DNA of 63,978 nucleotides, counting the filler, from Pelomyxa schiedti (taxonomy: Eukaryota > Protista > Evosea), in the NCBI GenBank assembly GCA_020536535.1. It is 10 parts of 10 records of this genome, joined end to end, with 100 filler letters (N's around TTAATTAATTAA, not from the genome) between each part and the next. Parts side by side here need not be neighbours in the genome. Positions count along the whole stretch, not along the records: positions 26,797 to 40,622 come from JAHLWZ010001182.1; positions 40,723 to 42,100 come from JAHLWZ010002557.1; positions 42,201 to 44,262 come from JAHLWZ010002157.1; positions 44,363 to 63,978 come from JAHLWZ010001104.1; 6 more parts are not named here. The stretch is one strand, 5' to 3'. The position numbers and the translations under genes were made by a program. Every line of letters begins with the position of its first letter. Positions within the stretch are counted from its first letter, which is position 1. This document shows, in pieces, positions 34,432 through 46,920 of this stretch. A model generated the notes under the pieces. The model did not search any database, was not told where the DNA came from, and saw only the letters and a list, made by a program, of their open reading frames with translations.

Positions 34432-36210
34432 ATGCCTGGGGGAAAACAAAAGCGACAACAGGGGAAAAACAACGCTGCGCAGCAGCAACAACCACAAGTG
34501 ACGGCGGTGTCGTCACCTCCTGCCCAACAACCCACGGCTACTACTACTGCGCTGACGCAGACACCGACGCCGGTTTCCGCAGCGCCGGTCGTGATTGTGA
34601 ACCCCACGACGCCGGCAGCGACGCCGCAACAAGCCCCTGGCGTTACGCCAAATGCGTCGGCCCCTGTTACGGCAAATACACATAAACCTACTATAACAAT
34701 CACGACGACTCCCGCAAAAACGACCCCCACCAAGAGCATATTTTCCGTTGATTCGCAAGAGTTCACTCCTTCGAAGCCGATCCCGACCATGTTCCGTGTC
34801 GATGCCCCTGAGTTTTCACCCTCTAAGCCTTCTGGTTCCCCTCCCAGCGTAACTGTCACTCGTAACACCCCGCAACAAGCTCAACCTGCCCAAGCTCCCA
34901 CCTCTTCAACCGAACTGCCTAAACCTACGCCTGTATCTACGCCTACCCCAGCAGTGGTATCTGAGGCAACCTCCGCAACACCCACATCTCCTGCTACCTC
35001 AGCACCTACTCCCGCTGTTCAGCCCACTCCCACGCCTGCTCCTGTCACATCCACGCCGACTCCTACTCAACCTACACCCGCTGTACCCACGCCGTCAGCT
35101 CCACCCTCACAACCAGCAACTCCAGCAACCACTTCTACACCTACACCCACATCCACTGCATCAACCCCATCACTCTCGCACCCAAAGCCTACAGTTGACA
35201 TTGTCCGGCATTCCCCAGTGCAAGCTGAAACTGCAGCACAGACCAAAAATACAACCGCAAGTGAGCCGAAGTTGGCACCAAATACCAAGGGACCACGTAC
35301 CCTTCTAACAACTGCTAGCAGCCCTAATACACCCCCACCTCCCCTGTCAACAGCCGCCGTGACACCAACCCCTACCGCTACAGTTACCCCAACAGCAACA
35401 TCACCGAAAACTTCTGGATTGTCAGAAAATGATCGTCTTTTCAAGCACCCGTTAGAGCGCAGATGGGTGCTGTGGTACGATAACTCACAGCGGAAGGAGG
35501 GTGTAAATCAACAAAATTGGGGTGAGGGACTGAAGATGTTACTGGAGTTCGGATACGTTGAAGATTTCTGGGGGTAACATTTCGATAATTCTTTTGGCCT
35601 TACTAATTATGGATTAGGATGTACAACAACTTGTATCCTCCAGGTGCCCTCCCAGTGGGTTCCAATTATCACTTGTTTAAGGCCGGTATCGAACCCAAGT
35701 GGGAAGACCCTGCAAATGCAGGGGGCGGCAAATGGATTGTGAACATACTCAAGAGACCCGATACGGCCGCACTCAGTGTTGACTCCTTGTGGTTGGAAAC
35801 TGTAGGTGTTGTACTAGTACTATTACAAGAAACCAACATTTCCCTGCAGCTTCTTGCTTGTATCGGCGAGCAGTTTGGTGAATATGCGGACCTCGTTTGC
35901 GGTGCCGTTGTGAGCACACGAAAGCAATTGGACAGAATAGGCACTCCCCACCTTTGTCCGGTTGCCTCAACTAACATTCCCCGCAGCTCTCTGGATCAAG
36001 GAGGACAGGTCCGGTGGTGATGGCATCCTGAAGATAGGGTATAGTCCCGCTTTTTTCTCATACAAACAAGCCCACTCACTTGTTTCTAGGCAAATTCTCA
36101 AAGCAAAGTTGCAGATTCCCCAATCTCTGAAAATTACCTACGCCACCCACGACGACGCCAAAGCAACAAACAGCAGCTACCACCTTCTCAGCTCCCACTT
36201 TGAGCTCTAA
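34432..36210 (+). CDS. eIF4E: Class I eIF4E cap-binding protein with a long P/T-rich N-terminal extension and two PAM2-like motifs
   Basis: HPLERRWVLWYD, NWGE, VEDFWG, YHLFKAGIEPKWEDPANAGGGKW, CGAVVSTR and DRIALW. Confidence 0.92.
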
Positions 36211-36410
36211 ACACAACAACCAAACAAAAAAACCAAACCCCCAACAAAAGCAAACAAACAAAAAAGCACCCTCAACAAAAAACAAACAAACAATCAAATA
36301 AAGCCAACACAAATGAGCACACAATAAACCAAAAAAAAATAAAAAGAAAAACCAAAGCTTAGAGGGGAAATTCTATCTTGTGTCTCTTTTTTTTGAAGCT
36401 TGTTAAATTG

Positions 36411-39400
36411 TCAAGACAGTGCTGGTGATAGTAGATTGTCGACGTAGGCAGGGTTGAGGTGCGTCCCATCTAGTTTGAACTGGGGCTTGAGGACGAACCC
36501 CGAGCGGAATGCGGCGGATTTGGTGGAATCGGCAGAGGCGGAGGCGGAAGCCTCGGTGTCCGGGTCCAGCATCTGCTCAAAGAAGTCCAGCCACACTAAC
36601 TTGTGGGAGGGGATGGTGGCCGCTACTTCATGCACTCGCTGCTTAAGTATTCCATTGAATGCAATCACAATTTTCCTATGGTGCAGTTGGTTGGGTTAGT
36701 AGGGAGATTTGAGATTAAGGATATAATATGAAATATTGTGGTCAATATTTATACCTTGTTTCGTTGAGGACTGGGGATACTGGGTGAACATAGATGGTCC
36801 AGTTCCGGGTTTTGATGAGGTTGCGAAGGAGTTCCATGTAAATATTGACAGAGAACTGGACCGCTTCATCCAAGTCCTAAAAAGGGTTGTTTGGTGTTAG
36901 TTGGCAACTGGGTTGCCAGAAATTAACCTTGTAGCGGCCTTTTTCAATGGCAATAAGAAATCCTTCTCGGCAGTCAATTTCCCCAAGAATGGATACAACC
37001 GTTGCACCATGCGGTACTATTTAATTGAGTTGGGCATGAGAAAAGGAAAGGGGTTATATCTCACTTTGCGCAAGCACATTGAAGAAATTTGCTTTGGGAT
37101 AGAATCGAGATTCGGGTCTGAGGTGCCACAACTTGATACCTGTAACGAGGTAGGGGTGCAAGGTATAACTAGATCCCTTGTGAGTCACATTTTTCCAGGC
37201 AGGTGAGAGGCAATGACTGTCACCTGGTAAGGAAATGAGTAATAGCGCTGCGGGTAAGTGAGGATTACCGATGAGATAAATTTTCTGAGGTGTCAGGGTC
37301 AGAGGAAGTTGACGCAGCTTGGTGTTTTCATGGATGCACGAGAAATATGCTACAAAAAAAGGTTACCTTAAAGAAAACAATCAAATGATTTCTTTGCGAG
37401 ATACCTTGTTCATTTCGTACAACAGTGAGATGCAAATCTCGTCCTTCTCTGCATGTTTCTGGTACACTTAGAAAAAAAAAATTGATTGACCATCTAATTG
37501 ACAGACCTAGAAGAGAAGCAAGGGGACCAACAAATTGCAGGTATCCAAGAACATAAAGCAGTTTGGTAACAGTAAAGAATAGAGCAACAAGATCCAGCTG
37601 TGCTGGAGTGTAGGCGGTCTTTTCTGCAGCTGAAACATCGGGTATCACTTCCCCTGCTGCAATGGAAACATCTGGGGAAGTGGGTCTGAAGAGAATTTCA
37701 TTAGTTTGAAGTTTGCCCTCCAGAATTTTTACCTTTCGGTGGACCATGCTTCTGGGTGTAGGGGAGCAATAATGTCAAGAATAGATTGGCAGGAAACACC
37801 ACCAACCATCAAGGTGGGATTAATCTGTAGAAAATGCATAGCCTTGCAAAGTGCCGATTTGTACATGCTTCGAGCCTAGATGACGGAAAGGTATCTCTGA
37901 GGGGAGAAAAAAAAGGATACCTCAAACACATGAACCCAATTCAAGGCGAAGGAGGCATTGTTTGACTGCAATTGCATTGATCGTTCATAAAGTTCGCAAC
38001 TTTGAGGCAAGACTACAATACACTCAGCCTCTTTGGGGGAAGTGAATGCGTACCACTGTAATCCTTTAAAATTGAACCAAGCCAGGCAAATGCAGAAGCA
38101 CCTTCGCTTGTAAGAGTATTTAGCTGCTTGAAAACCCTTTGTAGATTTGTAATTAGAATTATGCGTACATTAGGAAATGGGGTTCTTACCGTTCAATACC
38201 ACCAGGTACAGCCACACTGTCACAAAGGTCCTCCCGAGATTGCTCATCAGTCTGATTTGCTACAAGAACGTGTAATCGGACCTAAAAGGCAGTTTATTGA
38301 ACTTCACTGGTGTAGAGCAATCGTACTTGTAAGGCCTCTTGATGAAGATCATCATATTTGGCATCACTAGAGCCAGCAGCTTGAGCCCGGTTAAATAAGA
38401 CTCTGGCATAACCACGAAGAGCACCACAGTGCTTCTGGTCTCGAGCAAGAATACTCTGTGGGGAAATAAGTAAAAGATACCCCCATTGGACAGTGCTACA
38501 GAGTAAAGCTTCATGGCCGTGTCTTCCTCACCATTCAGCATAAATGCATCAGCAAGTGAAACCTAGAAATCAGATTAGAACCAAATATAATGGTACCCAA
38601 CTTACAGTAATCTCATCTTTCACAGCCAATGATTTATCACTGGCGTTCTCCAGAGCTCTTCGTAAGCTGAGAAGAGCTTCAGGATACTGCTTCAGTTTAC
38701 ACCAAGTTCTTCCTAGTCTAGAAAATCATTACTAGAAAGTGTACCGTGCTCGGGCCATACTCAAGATGGTATTGGTACTCTCTGGGGGCTGCTTTTGTTG
38801 CCCTTTCGAATAACTGTGCAGCTTGGGTAAAGTTCTTCGACTGCTGTAAATAAATCAAACCTATGTTCAGATGATTATCAGATCCCCCACAGAATACCTC
38901 AATTACCGAGTTGGTACAATTTTTCATGTTCATCGGGAGCAGCTTCTACAATTGCACTTAGCATGGCAATTGCTTGCTGGTAAAGTGAGAAACGTGGTTG
39001 GATTTATTTGTCTTTACCTTCCAGCTTTTGTTTTCGATTGCTTCTTTCACAAGTTTTTCAAGTGCAGGGGCGTATTTCCTGTGGATATTAGTTATGCTCG
39101 TTACAAGGGCAAAAATGTACCTTGTTCCCGATGAGGTACTTTTTGTTGTTGTGGTTGACTGTGGTAACTTTGCTTTTGAGATCCACGACTGAAATTCTTC
39201 AATAGGGAAGAGTGGCATGTCGTTGTGTGGTGTTGGCACAACTCTTGCAAGAATCACAAGAAACGAGCGACATACGTTTGATACTTGCAGGATCAGCATA
39301 GGGAAGACCCTTCTCCCAAGCAGCCACAGCTTCGGAATATTGATTTAACTTGTAGTGTGCAGTGCTGCATTATACTGGTGAGGGATTATTTGCCTACATA

Positions 39401-40341
39401 TATACATACCCAAGACGGAAGTAGGACTTCGTATGAGTTGGATCACATTTTATGGCTGCGTTTGCATCTCTTATTGCACCTATTTTATTATTAATATTAT
39501 AGACAAAAACGGAAACAATGAGGTGAGAAACATACTGTTGAAATTATTTAGCCTAATGTAGGCTTCACTTCTGTTTGAATAACACAAACACATTAGTTTT
39601 TGTGGTGGCCGTTTACAGAGCTTTCCGCAGGATATTGCCCGAGTGTACTTTCATGCAGTAAGTAAAAAGGTAACATTCTTCGGACTAACCTCTTTGACTG
39701 CGAGGTCGTTCGATCCTTTTTCAATTGCAGCATTTCCAGTGTCCTTCAATCGCATAACAACACTTTCAGAAGCTGTCCAGACAAACAAGTCTTGCTTATC
39801 TTTCACCAGTTTAAATATCACTGAGGATCCTTCAAGAACGCGGTTCCTTTTTTTTAAACAAAAAAACAACCAAAAACACCCCGTTGTTTGTGAGTCAAAC
39901 ATGTTTTCCCATAACTAGTTATCAGCACATACTTTTCATCAAACAAGGAAAGGTATTCACCCGTAATCCCATCCAAATTGTATGGATATAACTGTAAGAA
40001 CTCCTATTTCCCACAAGTTAGTTTCCCATACTCGCACAGGTACAGACACACGCACGCACGCATACCGCTTTCGCGTCGTCGACGGTGGCCCCAGCCCCCA
40101 GCGTCGCGACGTTTGGCCGTACGACACGCGCAGCGGCTCCGCTGCCCCCGTCGACGTCATCACCCGTTGTGGTACGAGGGGGCGACAGTACGATAGCGGC
40201 CGTGTACGACGCGTCGCCGCCAGTAGTGAGGCCGTGCCCCTCGTCGTCGTTGGGTGGCAACAAGGGCGGCCATTCCCCGTGCACGTACACCTTCACTGCT
40301 GCCGCCGCCCTCGCTCCCGTGCTCGTCTGTTCGCTGTCCAT
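36411..40341 (-). CDS. TPR-repeat protein with C-terminal SGNH-hydrolase-like domain
   Basis: TPRs (LKDTGNAA, YSNRSEAY, AIRDANAAIKCDP..KSYFRLG), then GDSH, GEIDCREG, IYVHPV, WLDFF and DGTHLNPAY. Confidence 0.75.
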
Positions 40342-40822
40342 GGGCGACACACTTGGTTTTTAAGTGATTACCGAATATCATGGGAGCTTGCTGGATGGGA
40401 GTGATTCGCATTCCATGGTGTAGCGAGTGGGTGGTCTTCCACAATGGTTCCCAGGGTGGTTCTCTCAGACTGGATTTCTGCCAGGAACGAGAAACGAAAA
40501 GTGTGGCGAGGTGACTTCGCGTCGCTGTAGTTCTAAGTACGGTTCTAATCACTGATGGATTTCTGGGAAAACTACCGCGAATCTGTTGGGACCCTGAGGG
40601 AGATTCAGGCGACACCTAGAACNNNNNNNNNNNNNNNNNNNNNNNNNNNNNNNNNNNNNNNNNNNNTTAATTAATTAANNNNNNNNNNNNNNNNNNNNNN
40701 NNNNNNNNNNNNNNNNNNNNNNTGTGACATTTCGTAATACGCGAAATTGCGACGCACAATTGCAAAGGTGAAGCGAACAACAAATTTTCGCTTCCCGTAA
40801 CCATCAGAAACCATTCTCAGAG

Positions 40823-42083
40823 TTGAGAGGTGATGGCACGACGTCGTGCATCGACGGCAACAGCAACAACAATTGCTGGTGCGTCATTGCATCGATATTG
40901 CGGGCCCGAAACCAAATGGGTGCCCTGGTTCCAGCCGTTGGCCACATCGTCGGCCGCCTATTATGGGACCTGGTCAGGGACACATCGACCACGTTCGTGC
41001 TGCGTGTCAAGGGTGGCGATTCCCCTTGCACATGCAGTGGTGCCAAAAACCTGTGTGTGAGAATCTCGCGGCTTCTTGGGAGTGTGGTTGGTGATGTGGA
41101 GCAGAGGATGACAGGCACGACCCTGAGGTGCTACTGGCTGAGTGACACTGCGTTTGTGGGGATGGCACGTGACGGCAATTGCAAGGCGGAGTGGTGCCTG
41201 CGCGATCTCCCAGCAGGTTTCATTCAGGTGTGTGAGGCTGCCAACAGAAAGTGGCTGGTGAGGTGTGGTGACAATTCTGCTGCTAATCAGAGTGACGACC
41301 CTGGGAGGCCTGATGAGGAGCTGGTGCTGGTCACTGTGAGGCTGGGGACTGGGAAACGTGGGGTGAATGGTGTTGAGGGCAGCAGCGCGGGTGAGGCCGT
41401 GATTACTGCACTGCGTCAGTCTGTTGTTCCCTCTCTTTTCTCTGTGTGTGAGTTGAAGTTTATGCCATCACGACCTGACGAACTGTTGCTGGCAGTGTGT
41501 GAGTTCAGCAAAACAGAAACAGCACCGACACTCATTGTTGTTGATGTGGAGGAGACGCATTGCAGTGGGACCCTGAGAGTTGTGAGCATCACACGTTGCT
41601 CGACTGGGCTCCGTGGGTACTTGAGCTTGGACTCTGTGTTTGCAAGACATTCAATGGAGGAGGAAAGATGGCATCCGGTCTTTCTTCATTGAAGTGGAGA
41701 TGCATTGCTTTGAAGTGGAAGAATCAACAGGTGTTTCAAGGAAGCTCCCTGGCAGGTCGTATTGGCCTCTCAGTGACTCTGAGTATTTTAGTGATGGCAG
41801 AATGCAGGTTGATGGGAATGTACCCATCTGGGATTGCAACAACCCAAAAACCCCATTAAAGGTGATCAACATCCCCACAGTTCCAGCAAGAAGAAACACC
41901 AGGAGTAGTGGTGTTTCTTCCAGGGGATTCTTGTTCCACACCAACACAGTTGAACCAGGCATCACAGTTATTGATCCCAACATCCAAAACACCACTTCAG
42001 TTACACCACAACAGGTCATTGTGCTGGTTCTTTCATTCCCATTATGGACTTCCCTCTCGTTGTCTATTGACTTTGTAAATTAA
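40823..42083 (+). pseudogene. Intronless lineage-specific family member with one frameshift
   Basis: RARNQMGAL, ANRKWLV, DELLL, VVDVEET, IWDCNN.KTPLKVI and GFLF. The frame changes near 41640. Confidence 0.65.
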
Positions 42084-42200
42084 TTTGAAAGGGACTGTAA
42101 NNNNNNNNNNNNNNNNNNNNNNNNNNNNNNNNNNNNNNNNNNNNTTAATTAATTAANNNNNNNNNNNNNNNNNNNNNNNNNNNNNNNNNNNNNNNNNNNN

Positions 42201-42480
42201 CAAGGAGTTTGGGTGAAATCACTAATGGCATCAAACACACAAGAGGAACACAGAAGTGAGTGTGTGATGAAAAAAGTTTCTGTCACATTTGATGAATGCG
42301 TTTGCTCCTTATGTCCTCTTGCAAAGGTTTAAAAAATCCATTGTGTTTGACACCAACCATAAAGCCAAGGTTGTGAAGATGGAAATTGGAAAGCGGCTTG
42401 GGTTGGATGAAAACCAACAGATTATCTCTTTTGTACCAAGTGTTCAAGACAAGGGAACAAATGAAGAGACAGATAATATT
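42201..42480 (+). pseudogene. Paralogous fragment of the ubiquitin-like region of the 281-3895 gene
   Basis: Nucleotide and peptide match to ~2003-2290 (QGVWVKS, VCSLCPL.K, VVKM...G.DENQQ..SF). Confidence 0.8.
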
Positions 42481-42489
42481 ACAACATAA

Positions 42490-44050
42490 ACGTCCACAAG
42501 GCGTCCCAAACAAAGGCTCTTACACACTTATTGGGTTATCCTTCACAGTATTGCTCCCATGAATTCAGATCGTGTAACATATCCGACTTACTAAAATGCG
42601 CGAATCAACTTACAGCTGACGTACACAGTAATGCACGTTTCTACTGCGCAGCACAGATAATGCTATACACCTTGGAATGCGAAGCCATCTTGTAATACAA
42701 TGTAACTTTCCTAACTGACAACACATACAGACAGTACAATTGTGGACTACTTCTACAGACCAACTGAATTACAAACATCGTGCAGCTATTATTCTTACAT
42801 CTGCAAATACTTTTCGCTGCCCAAGAGATATGTCCACCTGGAAGACAATTCTGCAATGCAATATCAGCAAGACCACCCTAACTACAGCACACGCTGCGTT
42901 TTGTCACGTACTACGGAAGTCGTACCTCAAATATATGTTAAACACATACCTTTGCACCAAACAAACTATCATGACTGGTGCATTCTAATTGTGATGCTGC
43001 TTGTGCCATGGGATCACCGACATAAAGACGGCAATTGGGAGGAACATTATCATGTCTGGTGTACGGAGACTGCGCCAACATTGTAGCACTCTGTAAACGA
43101 TCGCATGATGGCTTTGCAGGAGACACATTCCAAAGCACAGAAGCAACTTGAGGAACAGCAAGCAGGAAATGTTGATGCCTTCCGAACCATGAGTAAACAG
43201 AATTCAGTATGGGCAGCATGGCAGATCTACAAGAAGGTCTCATTGACTGGAGTTTTATATTACACCAACAAGATGAACTGCAAGACCTGGACCTGCGTGA
43301 CACGGATGACGTCACGCCGACGATTTCATCAGCCAAGCATGTCATCTAATACAAGAATTTTGTGTACATGCAACAAGTACCGCAGAAAGCGAGTGCACGC
43401 ATTCAGAAGTTCCCACTACAGCTTGTACCGAGATTATTGACAAACCCTTCATAATTACAGATGAACCTCCTTCTGCAATTGTTAAGTAACAAGCAGCAAT
43501 GAAGCACGCTAACGACGCGGCGGCACAACGACTACTACAGCCTAATACTACAGTACCAGCACTCTCTGTACCTAGGTGTTGCGGCTACTAATTTACAGGG
43601 TTTCACCACACATAGTGCCTGTAAAATTAGTCGAAAAGATACCCATGCTATAACAGCAAACAGCCAGGCACGGCTCCATTGACATACACTGTCTTACTTG
43701 TACCTTTCAGATAGACTGGACAGGCATTGACCTGGCTGTACACGACGAAATATCAATGATAGGTGCTACTGTACAAATCTACAGTGGAACGAATAATCCT
43801 ACACTGCCCTTCGGAGACATAGATCAACTGTTTACTGGAGATTTTCAACAGTACTCCCCGGCTTTACAAGTACCTCTGTATAGAAGGACTCAGCAAGTAG
43901 GTGAAACACAAAGGGGCATTCTACTATGGCAGCAAATAAAACTGGTGTTCCGGTTGCAAGTCACTCACAGGTATCACCGACATCAATATCTTCGAGCTCA
44001 TGATCATAGGTTCAACAATGCGTCCTACGGCACATTTATCTCACGACTCT
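42490..44050 (+). mobile_element. Degenerate Helitron/Helentron-like Rep-PIF1 helicase relic
   Basis: PIF1 motifs GVAATNLQGFTTHSA (~43575), HDEISMIG, LPFG, GDFQQYSP and LW..L...HR. Upstream are DYFYRPTEL and LLVPW. Multiple stops are present and Walker A is missing. Confidence 0.75.
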
Positions 44051-44559
44051 GTTGCGCCACTGTGTTGGAAATTGGCCAACGGACAGCAGAGTTGACAAAG
44101 CAGACATGGAACTCCAGCCACAAACCGCACATTGAGGCACTGGAGGAGAAGTACCACGTTGCAGTGACCATGGCAGGTAGCTCTAAGAGGGGGAATGTGT
44201 GGGCGCACCCACTATGACTAGACTGAGGACCCAACCTGGCTCAAGAGATCTAACATCCAGAANNNNNNNNNNNNNNNNNNNNNNNNNNNNNNNNNNNNNN
44301 NNNNNNTTAATTAATTAANNNNNNNNNNNNNNNNNNNNNNNNNNNNNNNNNNNNNNNNNNNNAGAACAGGCCAGGGCTACGATGTTTTGTTCCCGCCGTT
44401 GCGTGTCGCAACAAAAAAAAGTACCACCGCCACTAATCACACAAGTTTTTGATCCCACAATGCTGAGAAACCGATCACAAGTTGGTGGAAAACATCTTTT
44501 TTTTCCCGCTCCGCGAGGTCCGATTAGCGTTAACGGTCCGAAAAATTCGTCCGATAACC

Positions 44560-46251
44560 GTAACGACACAAGCCGAAAAGTGCCAAATACGTGGGCGAGA
44601 TATACACTGCATCCCCAAAGTCACACAGCACATAGAAGTGTCCGTCAAACCCGCTTCGCTGAATGATTTGGATGCTGGTCATATCTATGTTCAGGTGGAA
44701 CACCTCTGTTGTTGAGGAAATCAACTGTCGACAGTAACTGAATTGCCAACTCCTGAAGCTTTAGTGGATGCAGTCTCATTCCTTCCTTCTCTCGCAGTTC
44801 TGAACTTCCCATCTCCCGGACAATGTAAGTTGCCTTGTCTTGGGGTGTAATGCATGAGGCAGAGTGCGTCCGCTGAAAGTCAACAGGTGTTTCATTTTCA
44901 GGCACCAAGCAATGTGACTGGCGGGCAGTGTTGTACAACTTGTTCTTGGCAGAGGGTTTCAGGGATTTTAAGGCTTTTATAGCAAGGGAACTGACCTGTT
45001 TTGGACCGTGAAAGAGTACAAAGATATTTGCAATTCCCCAGTGGGGGTTTTGCAGCAGAGTGGCGTTCACAAGATCATGGTGCAATGTGTGGGGACTGAA
45101 CATCTCTACCGCATGAGATAGGGGTTGTGGGTGCCTCTGAGCCCTTCTCACAAGAATCGCATCCTCTTTCAAGTTCAACTCCCAAACGATTCCATGGACC
45201 CCGGTTTTCACAACCTGTGGATTCGTCACAAGCAAGAAGACAAAATCAGACACGAAACAGTGGCGGAGAAATCGATGTCATCCATTTGAAGGGGACTCAG
45301 CGCGGGCGCATCAAAATATGTCAATTGTGCCATCTTGAATTCCAAGAGGGTAAAAAAAAAAGAGAGAAAGACAAGGAGACCTGCTGGAACTTGGCATCCA
45401 CAAGAGCTTGAAAATACCGATCCCGCTCCGCTACTGCGCCCCGCCCCTCGTCCTGCGGACTTTCCAGAGCTGAGGCATCACTTCTCCTGTTTCTATATTG
45501 GTCTTCCGCAAAGCTGTGTCTCAGGGGAGTCATAGGTGTGGCAGGTTCATTGATGGCTCCTGTCTCCCGTTTGTTTGTTTGCTTTCTTAATTTGGTGCAG
45601 TAAAGGATTGTAAGAAGGACTCCAGCGGCAGTTCCCTGTGCAACTAACCTCGTGTATGTCAGGTACATTAAGCCTGAAGAAGAACACGATGATGTGCTCA
45701 TGAACCTGGGAAATGTATCAGAGAAAAGAGGATCAGTGGTACCATACATAAATTCGAGGATAAAGCACGCCAAGTCATCTTTATTGCAAGTTAGAACCGA
45801 GCAAAGAAAAAAAAAAAAAGACGAAGCAGGCTCTTACAAAGCACCACGAACACATTGGGAACTACAAACAACCACCCCTATTGTGGGAAAGTTTAGTTTA
45901 TTTGTAGTGAACCCACTTGGATACCTCAAAAAACAGGCATAGCGACATCATAATGACACTGGCTCCTGCCGCAATACTTCCAGCTTATAATAATGCCCCA
46001 GCCTTCCAGCTACATGACAGGATGATTAATAACTCCGTAAAGCAAACAACATTCCCAACGAGACCTACGTCGTAACAGTCCTCAGGGGTTCCACTGCTGA
46101 GCGAAAGTGCCATAGCGGTACCAAATACAAGACCACAATAGCACCATATCCCTAGCAAGCCCGCTGCCATATCGCCAGAAAGCCCACCACCACATCGCTC
46201 TTTGTCAGGCCCCTTCGTCGTACATACAACACCCCACATGCCTGCTGCCAC
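44560..46251 (-). pseudogene. TM + PINK1-like kinase-fold family, copy A (degenerate)
   Basis: LLQNPHWGIANIF, QLLSTVDFLN and VLCDFGDAV, with frameshifts and no C-lobe. Confidence 0.7.
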
Positions 46252-46339
46252 AAAACAAGTTCTTCTGCTGCTTCACGAAAGCAAAAACTGACTTGGCATT
46301 AATAAGTTGTGATACTGAACCCTGGGAAGGAGAAAAGTG

Positions 46340-46565
46340 ACACCACGCAGGAGTTATTGTCAGACATGAAAATCTGAGGTGTGAGTGCCTCTGGTGCTCT
46401 GTGGATTATATTCCCAGCAGGACCCTCACCCAAGATGCACTCACCATTCCTGTGGGTTTCAATGGGTCAACATACACTGCTTCCAGGTGAACAACAAATC
46501 ACCTGTCAAATCCTGAATACAAGAGGAGTGTTTCACATGGACATGAATGAACACGTCCTCCATCA
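46340..46565 (-). pseudogene. Kinase-family fragment with internal micro-inversion
   Basis: 46340-46513 matches GNII.RAPEALTPQI on the minus strand, while ~46514-46565 (RGVFHMDM) is flipped to the plus strand. Confidence 0.7.
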
Positions 46566-46920
46566 ACTTCATCTAAAAGACTTCAGGCGGACCGTGGAAG
46601 TGGGTGAAGATGTTTGTCACTCTGCTCCAAAACCAGAAAAAGAAGTAGAAAGCTTCAGTTGCTACATTTTTTTCATCTTTTTTAAAAAAAAAAAGGGGCA
46701 AGTGTTGTGCCATGACGGGATTACCTTAAGACAGAGAGATTGGTAACAAAAAGAACAACTGTAACAAGGCCAGTTGTGGTACTTGCACAACTCCCCATGT
46801 CATTGTGGCGGTCGTCGGTGCATCTGGGTTTTGCTAAACAAGCACCATCAAGTAACTTAACAACCCTGCTCCACACCGACTTATATTTTTTTTTGTTGCC
46901 CAGTTGTAACTCACTCAACA

